This document shows positions 52,646-64,000 of a DNA stretch of 64,000 bases, in pieces. Source of the stretch: an uncultured Gemmatimonadales bacterium (GTDB lineage: Bacteria > Gemmatimonadota > Gemmatimonadetes > Gemmatimonadales > GWC2-71-9); contig CAVRFK010000031.1 of the NCBI GenBank assembly GCA_963720365.1, positions 1,330 to 65,329 on the forward strand, in the 5' to 3' direction. Position numbers and translations under genes: made by a program. The notes below the pieces were generated by a model. It was not told the DNA's origin. It worked only from the letters and a program-made list of their open reading frames with translations, and made no database searches. Every line of letters begins with the position of its first letter. The stretch's first letter is position 1.

Positions 52646-54226
52646 ATGTTCGAGTCCCTCCTCATCCCCACGATCGCGGGGGTAGCCGCGGGTCTGGCCG
52701 TAGGACTCATCTACGTCCTCCTGTACCGACGGAGTCAGCGGAACGCGGCCGGCGGCGTGCTCGCCACCGCGCAGCGTGACGCGCACAAGCTGCGCGCGGA
52801 GGTCGCGCGCGAGGCGGAGTCGGCCAAGGCGGAGACCGTGCTCGCGGCCAAGATGGAAACGCTCAAGCTGCGGGAGGATTTCGACCGCGAGATCCAGCGC
52901 AAGCGCGACGAGTGGGAGCGGGTGGAGCAGCGGGCGGAGGAGCGCTCCCGGGGCCAGGACCGCAAGGTCGAGGAGATGAACGCGCGCGAGCGGAGCCTCG
53001 ACAAGCGGGAGGAGACGCTGGGCCAGAAGGAGCTGGCGCTCCGGGCCCGCGAGGGCGAGGCCGACCGGATGGCCCAGGAGCAGCGAAACCGGCTGGAGCG
53101 GATCGCCGGGCTCACCGCGGAGGATGCCCGCCGCGAGATCCTCCAGCGGGTCGAGGACGAAGCCCGGGGCCAGGCGGCGGCGCTGGTCCGCGACATCAAG
53201 GAGCAGGCCAAGAAGAGCGCCGACCGCGACGCCCGCCGGATCATCGCTATCGCCACGCAGCGCCTCGCCGCGGAACACACCGCGGAGACCACCGTCGCCG
53301 CCGTGCCGCTGCCCAACGACGAGATGAAGGGGCGCATCATCGGGCGCGAGGGGCGGAACATCCGCGCCTTCGAGACGGCCACGGGCGTGGACGTCATCAT
53401 CGACGACACCCCCGACACCGTGATCGTGTCCTGCTTCGATCCGATCCGCCGCGAGGTCGCGCGCCGGTCGCTCGAGGCCCTGATCCAGGATGGCCGGATC
53501 CATCCGGGCCGGATCGAGGAGATCGTCGTCAAGATGCAGAAGGAGCTGGAGGGCCAGCTCGTCGAGCTCGGCGAGCAGGCGGCGTACGACACGGGCATCC
53601 ACGGCCTGCATCCGGAGCTGGTGAAGCTGATCGGACGCATGCGCTACCGCACCTCGTACGGGCAGAACATCTACGATCACTCGAAGGAAGTGGCGTGGCT
53701 GGCCGGGATGATGGCGGCGGAGCTGCACCTCGACGTGCAGCTCGCCAAGCGAGGCGGACTGCTGCACGACGTGGGCAAGGTGCTGACGCACGATAACGAG
53801 GGCACCCACGTCGAGCTGGGCGTCGAGGTGGCGCGGCGGTACGGCGAGAGCGCGGCGGTCATCAACTGCATCCAGGCCCACCACGACGACGTGCCGCACG
53901 AGTCGGCGGAGTCGGTGCTGGTCCAGGCGGCGGATGCGATCAGCGGCTCGCGCCCGGGCGCCCGGCGCGAGGCGTTCGAGACCTACGTGAAGCGGTTGAC
54001 CCGGCTGGAAGAGATCGCCAACGGCTTCCCCGGGGTCGAGAAGTGCAACGTGATTCAGGCGGGGCGCGAGGTGCGGGTGGTGGTGACGCCCGACCGGATC
54101 GACGACGGCGCCGCCACGCTGCTCTCGGAGACGATCGCCCGGAAGATCGAGAACGAGCTGCAGTATCCGGGACAGATCAAGGTGGTCGTGATCAGGGAGA
54201 CGAGAGCCGTGGACTACGCTCGATGA
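52646..54226 (+). CDS. rny: Ribonuclease Y
   Basis: N-terminal TM, coiled coil, KH ([13 protein letters not shown]), HD (LLHDVGK). Confidence 0.97.
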   Translation: MFESLLIPTIAGVAAGLAVGLIYVLLYRRSQRNAAGGVLATAQRDAHKLRAEVAREAESAKAETVLAAKMETLKLREDFDREIQRKRDEWERVEQRAEERSRGQDRKVEEMNARERSLDKREETLGQKELALRAREGEADRMAQEQRNRLERIAGLTAEDARREILQRVEDEARGQAAALVRDIKEQAKKSADRDARRIIAIATQRLAAEHTAETTVAAVPLPNDEMKGRIIGREGRNIRAFETATGVDVIIDDTPDTVIVSCFDPIRREVARRSLEALIQDGRIHPGRIEEIVVKMQKELEGQLVELGEQAAYDTGIHGLHPELVKLIGRMRYRTSYGQNIYDHSKEVAWLAGMMAAELHLDVQLAKRGGLLHDVGKVLTHDNEGTHVELGVEVARRYGESAAVINCIQAHHDDVPHESAESVLVQAADAISGSRPGARREAFETYVKRLTRLEEIANGFPGVEKCNVIQAGREVRVVVTPDRIDDGAATLLSETIARKIENELQYPGQIKVVVIRETRAVDYAR

Positions 54227-55113
54227 GCGCGAAGATTCTGGATGGGGTGGCGCTGGGGAAGACGATCCGGGCGGAGGTGGCAGCCGAAGTCGCCCGCTCG
54301 GTGGGGAGCGGCCGGAAGCCGGGACTCGCCGCGGTGCTGGTGGGCGACGACCCGGCGAGCGCGGTGTACGTGCGCTCCAAGGGGAAGGCGACGGAAGAGG
54401 CGGGCATGTACTCCGAGACGATCCGCCAGCCGGCGACGATCCCGGAAGACGAGCTGCTCGCGATCGTGGACCGGCTCAACGCCGATCCGAACATCCACGG
54501 CATCCTGGTGCAGCTCCCGCTGCCGAAGCACATCGACAGCGAGAAGGTGCTCTTCCGGATCGATCCGGCCAAGGACGTGGACGGCTTCCATCCGGTGAAC
54601 GTCGGCCGGCTGGTGACGGGCGACAAGAAGGCGTTCCGCCCGGCCACGCCCTACGGCGTCCAGCAGATGCTGATCCGCTCGGGGATCGAGACCAAGGGCG
54701 CCAACGCGGTGATCGTGGGCCGCTCCAATATCGTCGGCAAGCCGATGGCCAACCTGCTGATCCAGCAGGGGCCGGGCGGCGACGCGACGGTGACGGTGTG
54801 CCACTCGCGCACCAAGGACTTGCCGGCGGTCACCCGCGGCGCGGACATCCTCATCGCGGCGATCGGCAAGGCGGAGTTCGTCACGGCCGACATGGTTCGG
54901 CCGGGGGCGGTCGTCATCGACGTCGGGATCAACCGGGTCGAGGATGCGTCGCAGCCCAAGGGGTATCGGCTCGTCGGCGATGTCGCCTACGGGCCGGTGG
55001 CGGAGAAGGCGTCGTGGATCACTCCGGTACCGGGCGGCGTCGGTCCGATGACGATCGCGATGCTGCTGCAGAACACGTTGCAGGCATGGTCGCAGATCGA
55101 GGGCCGTCGCTAG
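54223..55113 (+). CDS. folD: Methylene-THF dehydrogenase/cyclohydrolase
   Basis: [37 protein letters not shown]. Confidence 0.97.
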   Translation: MSAKILDGVALGKTIRAEVAAEVARSVGSGRKPGLAAVLVGDDPASAVYVRSKGKATEEAGMYSETIRQPATIPEDELLAIVDRLNADPNIHGILVQLPLPKHIDSEKVLFRIDPAKDVDGFHPVNVGRLVTGDKKAFRPATPYGVQQMLIRSGIETKGANAVIVGRSNIVGKPMANLLIQQGPGGDATVTVCHSRTKDLPAVTRGADILIAAIGKAEFVTADMVRPGAVVIDVGINRVEDASQPKGYRLVGDVAYGPVAEKASWITPVPGGVGPMTIAMLLQNTLQAWSQIEGRR

Positions 55114-55122
55114 TTGTTGGGA

Positions 55123-55396
55123 ACGGAGGCACGGAGGGCACGGAGGGGTCGTATCCGTCGCGGAGCTCCGTTCGGAAAGATTCACCACGAAGGCACGAGG
55201 ACACAAAGGGCACGAAGGGTTCAGGAGCAGCAACGCCACTATTTCTTTTCATTGTTGTTTTCTTGTTTGTGTGTTTGTTTCTCCATGAGATATCTTCGTG
55301 TCCTTCGTGCCTTCGTGGTGAATCTTTCCGAGACGAACGCCAGCCGACGAGTGGAACCCTCCGTACCCTCCGTACCCTCCGTGCCTCTGTGGTGAA
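55123..55396. repeat. Nested palindromic element of CACGGAG / CACGAAG short-unit arrays
   Basis: Perfect 27-bp inverted repeat 55172-55198/55305-55331 inside outer ACGGAGGG / CCCTCCGT arrays; T-rich loop. Confidence 0.88.
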
Positions 55397-55439
55397 CAGC
55401 CGCACGAACACCGCTACGCAACCGGAGCCCCGACGAACG

Positions 55440-56595
55440 ATGAGCAACCCGCTGCAGCTGAGCTTTCGATCCCACCGACGACGCCTGGTCCGTCACCAAG
55501 CTCGTCACGTCCGCAAAGCGTCTGGTGGAGAACGAGTTCGTTCCGGTGTGGATCCGCGGCGAGGTCGTGGGCTGCAAGGTCTGGTCGAGCGGGCACTGGT
55601 ACTTCAGTCTCCGCGACCGGATGACCCAGGTGCGCTGCACCATGTGGAGCCGGTACGCGCCTCAGGGCGGAAAGCCGCCGGAAGACGGCACCGAGGTGTT
55701 CGTCCTCGGCAAGCCCGGCATCTACGAATCCAAGGGTGAGTTTCAGCTCACCGTCACCCGAATCATTCCCACGTCCGCCGTCGGCGCCGCCCAGCGCGAG
55801 CTGGAGCGGGTGCGCGAGGTGCTGCGGCGGGACGGCCTGCTGGACGAGGCGCGGAAGCGGCCGATTCCGGAGCTGGCGTGCACGGTCGCCGTCGTGACCA
55901 GCACCGCCGGTGCGGCGCTGCGGGATGTGATCACCGTCATCGGCAAGCGCTGGCCCTGCTGCCGGGTGCTGGTGGTGAACGCCCGGGTGCAGGGTGACGG
56001 GGCCGTGCGGGCGCTCGCCCGCGCGCTGGCGCTGGTGAACCGGCTTCCCGACGTCGAGCTGTGCATCGTGGGTCGCGGGGGCGGCGGCCGCGAGGACCTG
56101 GCCGCGTTCAACAGCGAGGCCGTCTGCCGCGCGCTCGCGGCCGTGCGGGTGCCGACCATCTCCGCCGTGGGCCACGAGACCGACATCTCCCTCACCGATC
56201 TCGTCGCCGACATGCGGGCCCCGACGCCTTCCGCGGCGGCGGAGATGGCGGTCGCCGATCGGCGCGAGGTGCTGCGCCAGCTCGACGATCTCGCCGCGCG
56301 GCTCGCGGGCGGGCTCGGCAACCGCACGCGGCTGGCCGTCGAGCGGCTGGCCCGCACCGGCGACCGCCTGAGCGGCGCCGTGGAGGCCGTGCTGCGTCAC
56401 CAGCGCCACCGGACGGAGCGGCTCGCCGCCCAGCTCGACGCGCTGAGTCCGCTGCGCATTCTCGATCGCGGCTACGCGGTGCCGGTGGGCCCCGACGGCC
56501 ACGTTCTCAAGCGCCGGGCGGAGTTCCGCCCCGGTGCGCCTTTCCGATTGCGGGTGGCCGACGGCGACGTCGGGGCCCGGGTGGAGTCGTCATGA
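55440..56595 (+). CDS. xseA: Exodeoxyribonuclease VII large subunit (apparent frameshift ~55465)
   Basis: SGHWYFSLRD, GRGGGG.EDL, SAVGHETD, RAPTPSAAAE, LSPLRILDRGY. Confidence 0.95.
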
Positions 56596-56805
56596 GCATC
56601 GCCCAGGATCTGAACCGGCTGGAGGAAATCGTCCGCAAGCTCGAGAGCGAGGATGTCGAGCTGGATGCGGCGCTGGCACTGTTCGAGGAAGGGCGTCGCC
56701 CGCCTGCGGGCCGCCCGCGAGCGGCTGGGCGCCGCGGAGGTCAAGGTCCAGACGGTGCTGGAGGAGGCGAGCGGCGACCTCCGCATGTCGGACCTCGATG
56801 GCTGA
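56592..56805 (+). CDS. xseB: Exodeoxyribonuclease VII small subunit (apparent frameshift ~56690)
   Basis: LNRLEEIVRKLE..DVELDAALALFEEG...L..AE.KV. Confidence 0.9.
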
Positions 56806-57709
56806 CACCGCGGCGCGGTCGGCCGTGGACCTCCTTGCCGAGGCCCGCGAGCTGACCGACCGCATCCTCGACCAGTGGGCGGCGCGGCTTCGCGCCGAGG
56901 TCGTGGGCGCGGACGGCGAGGCGCTGGCCTATGCGCTCGCGACGCCGGGCAAGCGGGTACGCGCGGCGCTGCTGCTCGCGTCGTACCGCGCCGCCGGGGG
57001 CGAGTCGCCCGCGGTCGCCGGTGTCGCCGCCGCGGTCGAAACGGTGCACACCTACTCGCTGGTCCACGACGATCTCCCCTGCATGGACAACGACGACCTC
57101 CGCCGGGGCCGTCCCACTACCCACCGCCGCTTCGACGTGCCCACCGCCACGCGGGCCGGCTACCTGCTGGTCCCCGTCGCCGCGCGCGTCCTCGCCGAGG
57201 CGGCCGACCAGCTGAGCCTCCCGGCCGCCGCGCTCGGACGGATGGCGGTCGAGCTGTTCCGGGCCGGCGGGATCGAGGGCATGGTGGGAGGGCAGTGGCT
57301 GGACCTCGAGGCGGAGGGGAGAACCCTCGCGCTCGATGACCTGATCGCGGTGCACCGCGGCAAGACCGGCGCGCTCATCCGCGCGGCCTGCACCCTCGGC
57401 GCCATCGCCGGCGAGGCCGCACCGGCCGACGTGGCCGCCCTCACGGCGTACGGCGAGGAGGTCGGGCTCGCCTTCCAGATCGCCGACGACGTGCTCGACG
57501 CGACCGGGACCAGCGAAGAGCTGGGGAAGACCGCCGGCCGCGACGCGCAGATGGCCAAGTCCACCTACGTCAGCGTGTTGGGCGTCGAGGCCGCGCGCGC
57601 GGAGGCGGAACGGCTGGCTCGGCGGGCGGTGACTCACCTCGATGCGGCGGGGGTGCCGAGCGGGGCGTTGGGGGCGTTGGCGGGGTATATTGTTACACGT
57701 AACTCCTGA
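56798..57709 (+). CDS. ispA: Polyprenyl (farnesyl) diphosphate synthase
   Basis: GKRVR, SLVHDDLPCMDNDDLRRG, KTGALI, FQIADD. Confidence 0.94.
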   Translation: MADTAARSAVDLLAEARELTDRILDQWAARLRAEVVGADGEALAYALATPGKRVRAALLLASYRAAGGESPAVAGVAAAVETVHTYSLVHDDLPCMDNDDLRRGRPTTHRRFDVPTATRAGYLLVPVAARVLAEAADQLSLPAAALGRMAVELFRAGGIEGMVGGQWLDLEAEGRTLALDDLIAVHRGKTGALIRAACTLGAIAGEAAPADVAALTAYGEEVGLAFQIADDVLDATGTSEELGKTAGRDAQMAKSTYVSVLGVEAARAEAERLARRAVTHLDAAGVPSGALGALAGYIVTRNS

Positions 57710-57710
57710 T

Positions 57711-57776
57711 TGTCGCCCTGAGCACAGCGAAGGGGACCATGCCGGCATGGGCCCCTTCACTCCGTTCAGGGTGACA
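57711..57776. repeat. REP-like family A variant
   Basis: TGTCGCCCTGAGCACAGCGAAGGGG ... CCCCTTCACTCCGTTCAGGGTGACA. Confidence 0.8.
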
Positions 57777-57802
57777 CCATGACGCACAGCCGAGCTTTCA
57801 CG

Positions 57803-59706
57803 ATGACTCTGCTCGCCACTCATCCACTCCCCCGCCGACCTCAAGCGCCTCAAGCGCGAGCAGCTCCCCCAGCTCGCCCAGGAGATCCGCGACCGCCTGA
57901 TCGAGTGCTGCTCGATCACCGGCGGGCACATCGGCGCCAGCCTCGGCGTGGTGGAGCTGAGCCTCGCCCTGCTCTACGAGTTCGACTCCCCGGCCGACAA
58001 GATCGTCTGGGACGTGGGCCACCAGGCCTACGCCTGGAAGCTCCTCACCGGCCGGAACGAGCCGTTCCCGACGCTGCGCCAGCGCGACGGCATCTCCGGC
58101 TTCCTCAAGCGGGACGAGAGCGAGCACGACCAGTTCGGCGCGGGGCACGCCGGCACCGCGGTGTCGGCCGCGTTCGGCATGGCCACCGCGCGCGACCTCA
58201 AGGGCGAGCGCCACAAGGTCGTGGCGATCGTGGGCGACGGCGCCCTCACCTGCGGGCTCTCCTACGAGGGGATGAACAACGCCGGCCACTCCGACCGCGA
58301 CATCATCATCATCGTCAACGACAACGGCATGAGCATCTCGCCCAACGTGGGCGCGATCAGCAAGACGCTCGGCCGGATCGTGGCGGACCCGCGCACCAAC
58401 CGGCTGCGGGAGAAGATCAAGGGCATGACGTTCGCGCTCGGCGGCGTCTTCGGCGAGGGCGTGGTGGACTTCGCGAAGAACGTCGAGGAGAGCGTCAAGA
58501 ATCTGTTCTCGCCGGGGATGCTCTTCGAGGAGCTCGGATTCCGCTACTTCGGCCCGATCGACGGGCACGATCTCGGCAAGCTCTGCGACACGCTGCAGTT
58601 CGTGCGCGGGATGCAGGGCCCGCGGGTGATCCACGTGATGACGCAGAAGGGAAAGGGCTTCTCCTACGCCGAGGCGAACCAGGAGAAGTGGCACGGACTC
58701 GCGGCGTACGATCCGGTCACCGGTGAGGCTCGCAAGAAGGCGAGCGGCCCGCCCACCTGGACCCAGGTGTTCGGCGACGGGCTCACCGCGCTGGCGGACG
58801 AGCATCCCGAGCTGGTGGCGATCACCGCCGCGATGCCGTCGGGCACCGGGCACCAACGTCTTCCAGAAGAAGCACCCGGGCCGGTTCTTCGACGTCGGCA
58901 TCGCGGAGGGGCACGCGGTCACGTTCGCCGGCGGCCTCGCCACGCAGGGCATCCGGCCGGTCGTCGCCATCTACAGCACGTTCCTCCAGCGGGCCTACGA
59001 CAACGTCATCCACGACGTCGCCGTGCAGAAGCTGCCGGTGATCTTCTGCATGGACCGGGCGGGTCTGGTCGGCGAGGACGGTCAGACCCACATGGGCCTG
59101 TACGACATCGCCTACATGCTGGCCGTGCCGGGCATGACCGTCACCGCGCCGAAGGATGGCGACGAGCTGGTGGGGCTGCTGCGCACCGCGCTGGCCCACA
59201 CGAAGGGTCCGTTCTGCACCCGCTACCCCCGCGACAAGGCGCCGGCCGAGCCGGGCGATCCGAGCAAGGTCGCCGAGATCCCCTACGGAAGCTGGGAGCA
59301 GCTCCGGCAGGGTCGCGGCGACGTGGCGATCCTCGCGGTGGGGACGATGGTGGCGCCCGCGGTGCAGGCGGCGGAGCTGCTCGCGAAGGACGGCGTGGAT
59401 TGCGCGGTCGTCAACTGCCGCTTCCTCAAGCCGCTCGACTCCGCGCTGCTGGAATCGCTGGTGCAGCGCCACCGCATCCTGGTGACGGTCGAGGAGGGTA
59501 CCATCGTCAACGGCTTCGGCGCCTACCTCGCCGAGACGCTGCAGACCACGCATCCGGAGACCCGGGTGGTCGCGCTCGGCGTGCCCGACCGGCTGATCGA
59601 GCAGGCGCCACGCGCGGAGCAGCTGGAGCTGTTCGGCCTCACGGCCGCGGGCATCGCCCGGCGCATCACCGCGCTGGAGCACGAGGAGAGCCTCGAACCC
59701 CGATGA
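57803..59706 (+). CDS. dxs: 1-deoxy-D-xylulose-5-phosphate synthase (apparent frameshifts ~57820 and ~58850)
   Basis: GGHIGASLG, WDVGHQAY, GDGALTCG, DVGIAEGHAV, YSTFLQRAYD. Confidence 0.96.
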
Positions 59707-60570
59707 AGGTCGGAGTCGTCGGCAATCAGCGGTACCGCGACCTCAAGCCGGTCCTGGCCGACGTGCTGCGCCAGGGGCCGAGCCGGGGGATGCAGCTCTA
59801 TGCCGAGGAGGGGCTCCCGGGCTGGGCCGGCGAGACCGCGGCGCTCTCCTCGCTGGAGCTGGACGCGCTCATCACCTTCGGCGGCGACGGCACCCTCCTT
59901 CGCGGCGCCCGTCTGCTCGGCGGCCGCGAGACCCCCATCCTCGGCGTCAACTTCGGCCGCCTCGGGTTCCTCACCACCGCCACTCGGGACGGACTCGACC
60001 AGGCGCTCGACGCCCTGGTCGCCGGGACGCTACGTGACCGAGCGGCGGCAGGTGCTCCAGGCGGCGATCAAGGACGGCGCCGGTGCGCAGCGCACGGTGC
60101 AGATGGCCGTCAACGACGTCGCGGTGCACAAGGGTGGCGTGGCGCGCGTCGTCCGGGTCAACGTGTACATCAACGGCGAGAACGTCGGCCCGTACAGCGC
60201 CGACGGGATCATCGTGGCGACGCCGACCGGCTCGACGGCGTATTCGCTGAGCGCGGGGGGGCCGATCGTGGTGCCGGGGGTCGAGGCGATGGTCGTGACG
60301 CCGATCGCGGCGCATACGCTGGCCGTGCGGCCGCTGGTGGTTCCGGCCACGTATCGCGTCGTGATCGAGCCGATGGAAGGCTGGGCGGACGATCTGCTCG
60401 TGTCGTTCGATGGGCAGACGGGGACGACGCTGGCGCCCGGAGACACCGTGGACGTGCGTCGGGCCGACCACCGGGTGTGTCTCATTCGACTCGGCGGGGA
60501 CGGATTCTTCAGCCGGATGCGGCAGAAGCTGCACTGGGGGGATCTGTCGGAGCGCGAGCGGGTGCCGTGA
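59703..60570 (+). CDS. nadK: NAD kinase (apparent frameshift ~60030)
   Basis: GGDGTLL, GVNFGRLGFL, ND, DGIIVATPTGSTAYSLSAGG. Confidence 0.94.
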
Positions 60571-60576
60571 GGGGCC

Positions 60577-60641
60577 GTCATCCTGAGCGAAGCGAAGGAG
60601 CCGAGGCCACGCTTCGGCTCCTTCGCTTCGCTCAGGATGAC
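60577..60641. repeat. REP-like palindrome, family A
   Basis: GTCATCCTGAGCGAAGCGAAGGAGCCGA ... TCGGCTCCTTCGCTTCGCTCAGGATGAC, perfect arms. Confidence 0.92.
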
Positions 60642-60659
60642 ATGCGAGGCAATCTCCTC

Positions 60660-62333
60660 ATGATCACCGAGCTCCGCGTCCGCGACCTCGCCACCATCGC
60701 CGACGTCACGCTCCAGCTCGGCCCCGGCCTCAACGTGCTCACCGGCGAAACCGGCGCCGGCAAGTCCATGCTGGTGGATGCGCTCTCGCTCCTGCTCGGC
60801 GAGCGCGCCGCGAGCGGCAGCGTCCGCCCCGGCGCGGCGAAGCTGATCGTGGAAGGAGCCTTCGAGGGTGTCGACGCCGCCGCACGCCGGCGGATCGAGG
60901 ACCTCGGCCTCGACCTGGATGACGACGGGCGGCTGATCATCCGGCGCGAGGTCTCCGCCGAAGGCCGGTCGCGCGCCTGGGTGAACGGCAGCCCGACGAC
61001 GGCGACGGTCCTCGCCGAGCTGGGCGCGCTGCTGGTGGATCTCCACGGACAACACGAGACCCAGTCCCTCCTCCATTCCGAAGCCCAGCGCGAGATCCTC
61101 GACGCCTTCGCGCACGCGGAGGCCGAGCGCGTCGCCGTCGCGGAGTCGCACGCGACGCTGCACAGGCTGCGGGCGGAGGAGACCAAGCTCGCCACGCGCC
61201 GCGACGAAGTCCGCCGCCGCGCCGATTATCTGCGCCACGTGGTGAATGAGATCGACGGCGCGAGCATCAAGCCGGGAGAGGACGAGGCGCTGCAAGTAGA
61301 GGCGCGGCGGCTCAGCCAGGCGGGGTTGCTGGTGGAGCACGCGCGCCGTATCGCCGACGCTCTGGAGGGAGACGAGGGGAACGCCCTCGGCGCGGTGAGC
61401 GCCGCGGATCGCGCGCTCGCGGCGCTGGAGAAGGCCGACCCGTCGGTCGCGGGGTGGCGGGAGATGCTCGATGCCGCCTACGCCAACCTGTCGGAGCTGG
61501 CGCGGCTCGCGGCGGTGTACGCGGAGGAGGTGCAGGAGGATCCCGAGCGCTTCGCGGAGGTCGAGCGGCGCCGGGATCAGCTCTTCCGGCTGACGCAGAA
61601 GCACGGCGCGACGCTGGAGGCGGTCCTCGCCACGCGGCACGAATCCGCGGCGGAGCTGGAGCTGCTCGACACCGCCGACGTAGACCTTCGCGCGCTCGGC
61701 GCCCGGATCGTGGCCGCGGAGGGCGCCCTTCGGTCGGCCGCCGCGGCGCTGTCGGCGAAGCGGAACGAGGCGGCGGACCGGCTCGCCCGCGGCGCCAACC
61801 GTCTGCTTCCGCAGCTCGGGCTCCCCGGAGGCAAGCTGGGCGTCGAGCTGACGCCGCTGCCGGAGCCGGCGTCGCACGGGCAGGAAGCGGTGCAGCTCAC
61901 CGTGCGGCTCAACGTGGGGCTCGACGCCAAGCCGCTCGCCAAGGTCGCGTCGGGCGGCGAGCTGTCACGGCTGATGCTCGCGCTCAAGGTGGTGCTCGCG
62001 CGGCACGACGCGATCGCGACGCTGGTGTTCGACGAGGTGGACCAGGGCATCGGCGGCGAGATCGGGGCCCAGGTGGGCGACGCGCTGGCGCAGGTGGCGG
62101 AGCGGCACCAAGTGCTGGCGATTACCCACCTTCCGCAGATCGCCGCGCGCGCCGACCGGCACCTCGTGGTCTCCAAGCAGGCGCGGGGCGGGATCGCCAC
62201 CAGCGACGTGCAGGTGATTCACGGAGAGGACCGGGTAGGGGAGATCGCGCGGATGCTGGGGGACGGCGAGGGCGAGGCGGCGAGGCGGCATGCGCAGGCC
62301 CTGCTCAAGCGGGAGCGGCCCGCGCGCCGCTAG
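60660..62333 (+). CDS. recN: DNA repair protein RecN
   Basis: TGETGAGKS, HGQHE, ASGGELSR, FDEVDQG, ITHLPQIAA. Confidence 0.96.
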   Translation: MITELRVRDLATIADVTLQLGPGLNVLTGETGAGKSMLVDALSLLLGERAASGSVRPGAAKLIVEGAFEGVDAAARRRIEDLGLDLDDDGRLIIRREVSAEGRSRAWVNGSPTTATVLAELGALLVDLHGQHETQSLLHSEAQREILDAFAHAEAERVAVAESHATLHRLRAEETKLATRRDEVRRRADYLRHVVNEIDGASIKPGEDEALQVEARRLSQAGLLVEHARRIADALEGDEGNALGAVSAADRALAALEKADPSVAGWREMLDAAYANLSELARLAAVYAEEVQEDPERFAEVERRRDQLFRLTQKHGATLEAVLATRHESAAELELLDTADVDLRALGARIVAAEGALRSAAAALSAKRNEAADRLARGANRLLPQLGLPGGKLGVELTPLPEPASHGQEAVQLTVRLNVGLDAKPLAKVASGGELSRLMLALKVVLARHDAIATLVFDEVDQGIGGEIGAQVGDALAQVAERHQVLAITHLPQIAARADRHLVVSKQARGGIATSDVQVIHGEDRVGEIARMLGDGEGEAARRHAQALLKRERPARR

Positions 62334-62767
62334 GGTGGGGGCCCCGGTTTTTGTCGCCAGGTGAGCGCCACCAGCATGCCCGTCAGGTTTGCCCCCGCAC
62401 ACACCGCGCCCGCCATGATCAGGTAGCGCGCCATCCACCGCAGCACCGTCAGGCTGTCGATCGTCACCGCCACCAGCAGCAGCTTGACGCTCAGCAACGC
62501 GGCCGCCGCGGAGAACAGCAGGAGCTGCACCAGCAGCAGCGGCCGATATCCCATGCCCGCATACATCCAGTAGAGCGCGAGCCCCACCAGCAGCCATGCG
62601 AAGATCGCCGTGCGGGTGCTGCGGCCCAGGAGCGGCAGATCCTTGATGAGCGGCGCGACGAGGAGCGCGAGCGCGGCCAGCATCAGGAGCAGGACCAGCA
62701 CCGAGCGCCGAAGCTCTCCCGGGGTGGCGTCTTCAGCCGTGTGTTCGGCGGGGCCGCGGAGATTCAT
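62330..62767 (-). CDS. Hypothetical membrane protein (about 4 TM)
   Basis: Four hydrophobic segments; converges on recN. Confidence 0.6.
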   Translation of the reverse strand: MNLRGPAEHTAEDATPGELRRSVLVLLLMLAALALLVAPLIKDLPLLGRSTRTAIFAWLLVGLALYWMYAGMGYRPLLLVQLLLFSAAAALLSVKLLLVAVTIDSLTVLRWMARYLIMAGAVCAGANLTGMLVALTWRQKPGPPP

Positions 62768-62770
62768 CGT

Positions 62771-63179
62771 TCATCGATCCGCGGCCGAATAGGTGTCGCC
62801 GGCAGCGCCGCTCTGCGGCCGCAGCGACCGGGCGACGAGCCCGAGCCCGCCCGCGAGGAGGATGAGGATCACCAGCGTGTCGAACAAGGACGTCGGACGG
62901 AAGTAGATCTGAAGGTTGGCGATGATGCCCGCCAGGATGATGAGCGCGCCGGCGCCGGTGAGGAGCCAGCCCACGAGCGAGCGGCCGTCGAAGAAGAGCA
63001 AGCCCGATGCCGATCAGGAGCGGCACCAGCGACAGCCCGAAGGCGTTATAGCCCCAGAACTGCCACAGCCCGGACGTGACCGTGACCCGGGTGAGCAGCA
63101 GGTACCCACCCGCCACCACCATGGCGAAACCGGCGAGAAAGCTGCCGAGCCCGCCCGGCGTCCCGCCTGCGCCCCTCAT
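62771..63179 (-). CDS. Hypothetical membrane protein (apparent frameshift ~63000)
   Basis: GAGGTPGG N-terminus; four TM segments over ORFs 62733-63179 and 62771-63001. Confidence 0.65.
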
Positions 63180-63262
63180 CGGCCGACCCGACGGTTCGAA
63201 ATCATCACCCCAATATTATGCAGGAAATGGCGCTACGGAACGGCTCGAAATCGCGCAGGTCG

Positions 63263-64000
63263 TTACCAGATGTCGAAATAGAGCCTGACGCGGCTCCGGA
63301 TCCGGTGCACGTCGGGCACGATCCCGCCCGACGCCGAGACGATGCGCTCGTAGGTCCAGCCGGCGTCCACCGGGAGTCCGGTGCCGCCGGGGCGGAGGGC
63401 GCCAGGGTTGGAATAGGTCACCCCGAAGCTCACCACCGTGGCGCTGGCATCGGTCTCCAGGGTCATGACCGAGGGGTCCACGCCGGGGAGGACCGTCCCG
63501 GCGAACTCGGCGGCATCCTGGCCCTTGGACCACCGCTCCAGGGACCCGATCAGCGCGAAGGTGCGGGCCAGTCGGAAGAAGGGCCGGACGGCGAAGGTGG
63601 TCACGTCACCCGGGTCGAGCCGGACGACCGTCTCGAGTCCGCGATCCGGCGAAGGCCTGGGTGGGCGGGGCGACGCGGGCGGTCACGTCCGCGGCGAGCT
63701 GCCGGTTGTAGCCGCCCTCCAGGCGCAGGCCGAGGCTCCCGCTTCCCAGGTCCACGACGCCACGCAATTCGACGTCGGTCTGTCCGTCGCCGGTGCCGAT
63801 CGCGAGGAGCCGGTCGAGCCGTGCCCGCCGGCCGGTCGGGAAGCGAACCAGGGCCTCCGCCGCGGCCCGGAATCCCCCACGCCGGTTCTCCAGGTCCCAC
63901 CGGTCCACCAGCGTCAGCGCGACGCCGGCCTCCGCGTCGCCGCGGAACGTGACCTCCGATTGGCCGACGTCGATGCCGATCGGGCCGAACGGGTCGCTGA
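63263..64000 (-). CDS. Hypothetical, possibly outer-membrane protein; truncated by window end, frameshifted ~63610-63640
   Basis: Alternating beta-strand-like pattern ending VRLYFDIW. Confidence 0.5.

Noticed and set aside
55123..55396. Possible CRISPR array, also considered for 10007-10207
   Set aside because: Units are 8-9 nt, tandem and inverted, with no unique spacers and no cas genes
57948..62333. 1461-aa Dxs-NadK-RecN fusion
   Set aside because: Frame is kept open by indels; it contains out-of-frame junk and reads through an intergenic repeat

Overview
High-GC core-chromosome window, probably from a member of Gemmatimonadota (inferred from GC content, gene order and protein style; not verified). 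1-10 kb is the end of a surface-polysaccharide locus (MraY/WecA-like GT, Wzz-like, CapD-like, SLBB/Wza-like export protein, two GT4s, WecB). 10-20 kb is a small accessory zone: DinB-MarR pair with twin operators, DUF1206, a multidomain PxKF-type lipoprotein, tRNA-Ile2(CAT), tRNA-Val(CAC), three orphan receiver proteins, one uncharacterised protein, and Wzi-like/RfaE1. 20-62 kb is a long co-directional housekeeping run: obgE, dprA, hemW, hrcA-dnaJ-prmA-rsmE-HIT, rpsU-yqeY-mutS2-dnaG, recJ, rsmD-coaD-pta, a partner-switching module, rsmA, rex, D-aminoacylase, arcA, a DnaQ-like exonuclease, an MBL hydrolase, infC-rpmI-rplT-pheST, zapA-rny-folD-xseAB-ispA-dxs-nadK-recN. About 20 genes, several essential, carry small frameshifts, which points to unpolished long-read indels; several long fused ORFs in the supplied track are artefacts of this. 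I found no transposase, integrase, CRISPR array or clear new multi-gene system. The most unusual signal is non-coding: four distinct families of palindromic intergenic elements (nested at two sites, one family with a conserved multi-stem core), a structured infC leader with a CTG start, and clean Rex, MarR, sigma54 and CRP/Rex-like sites.
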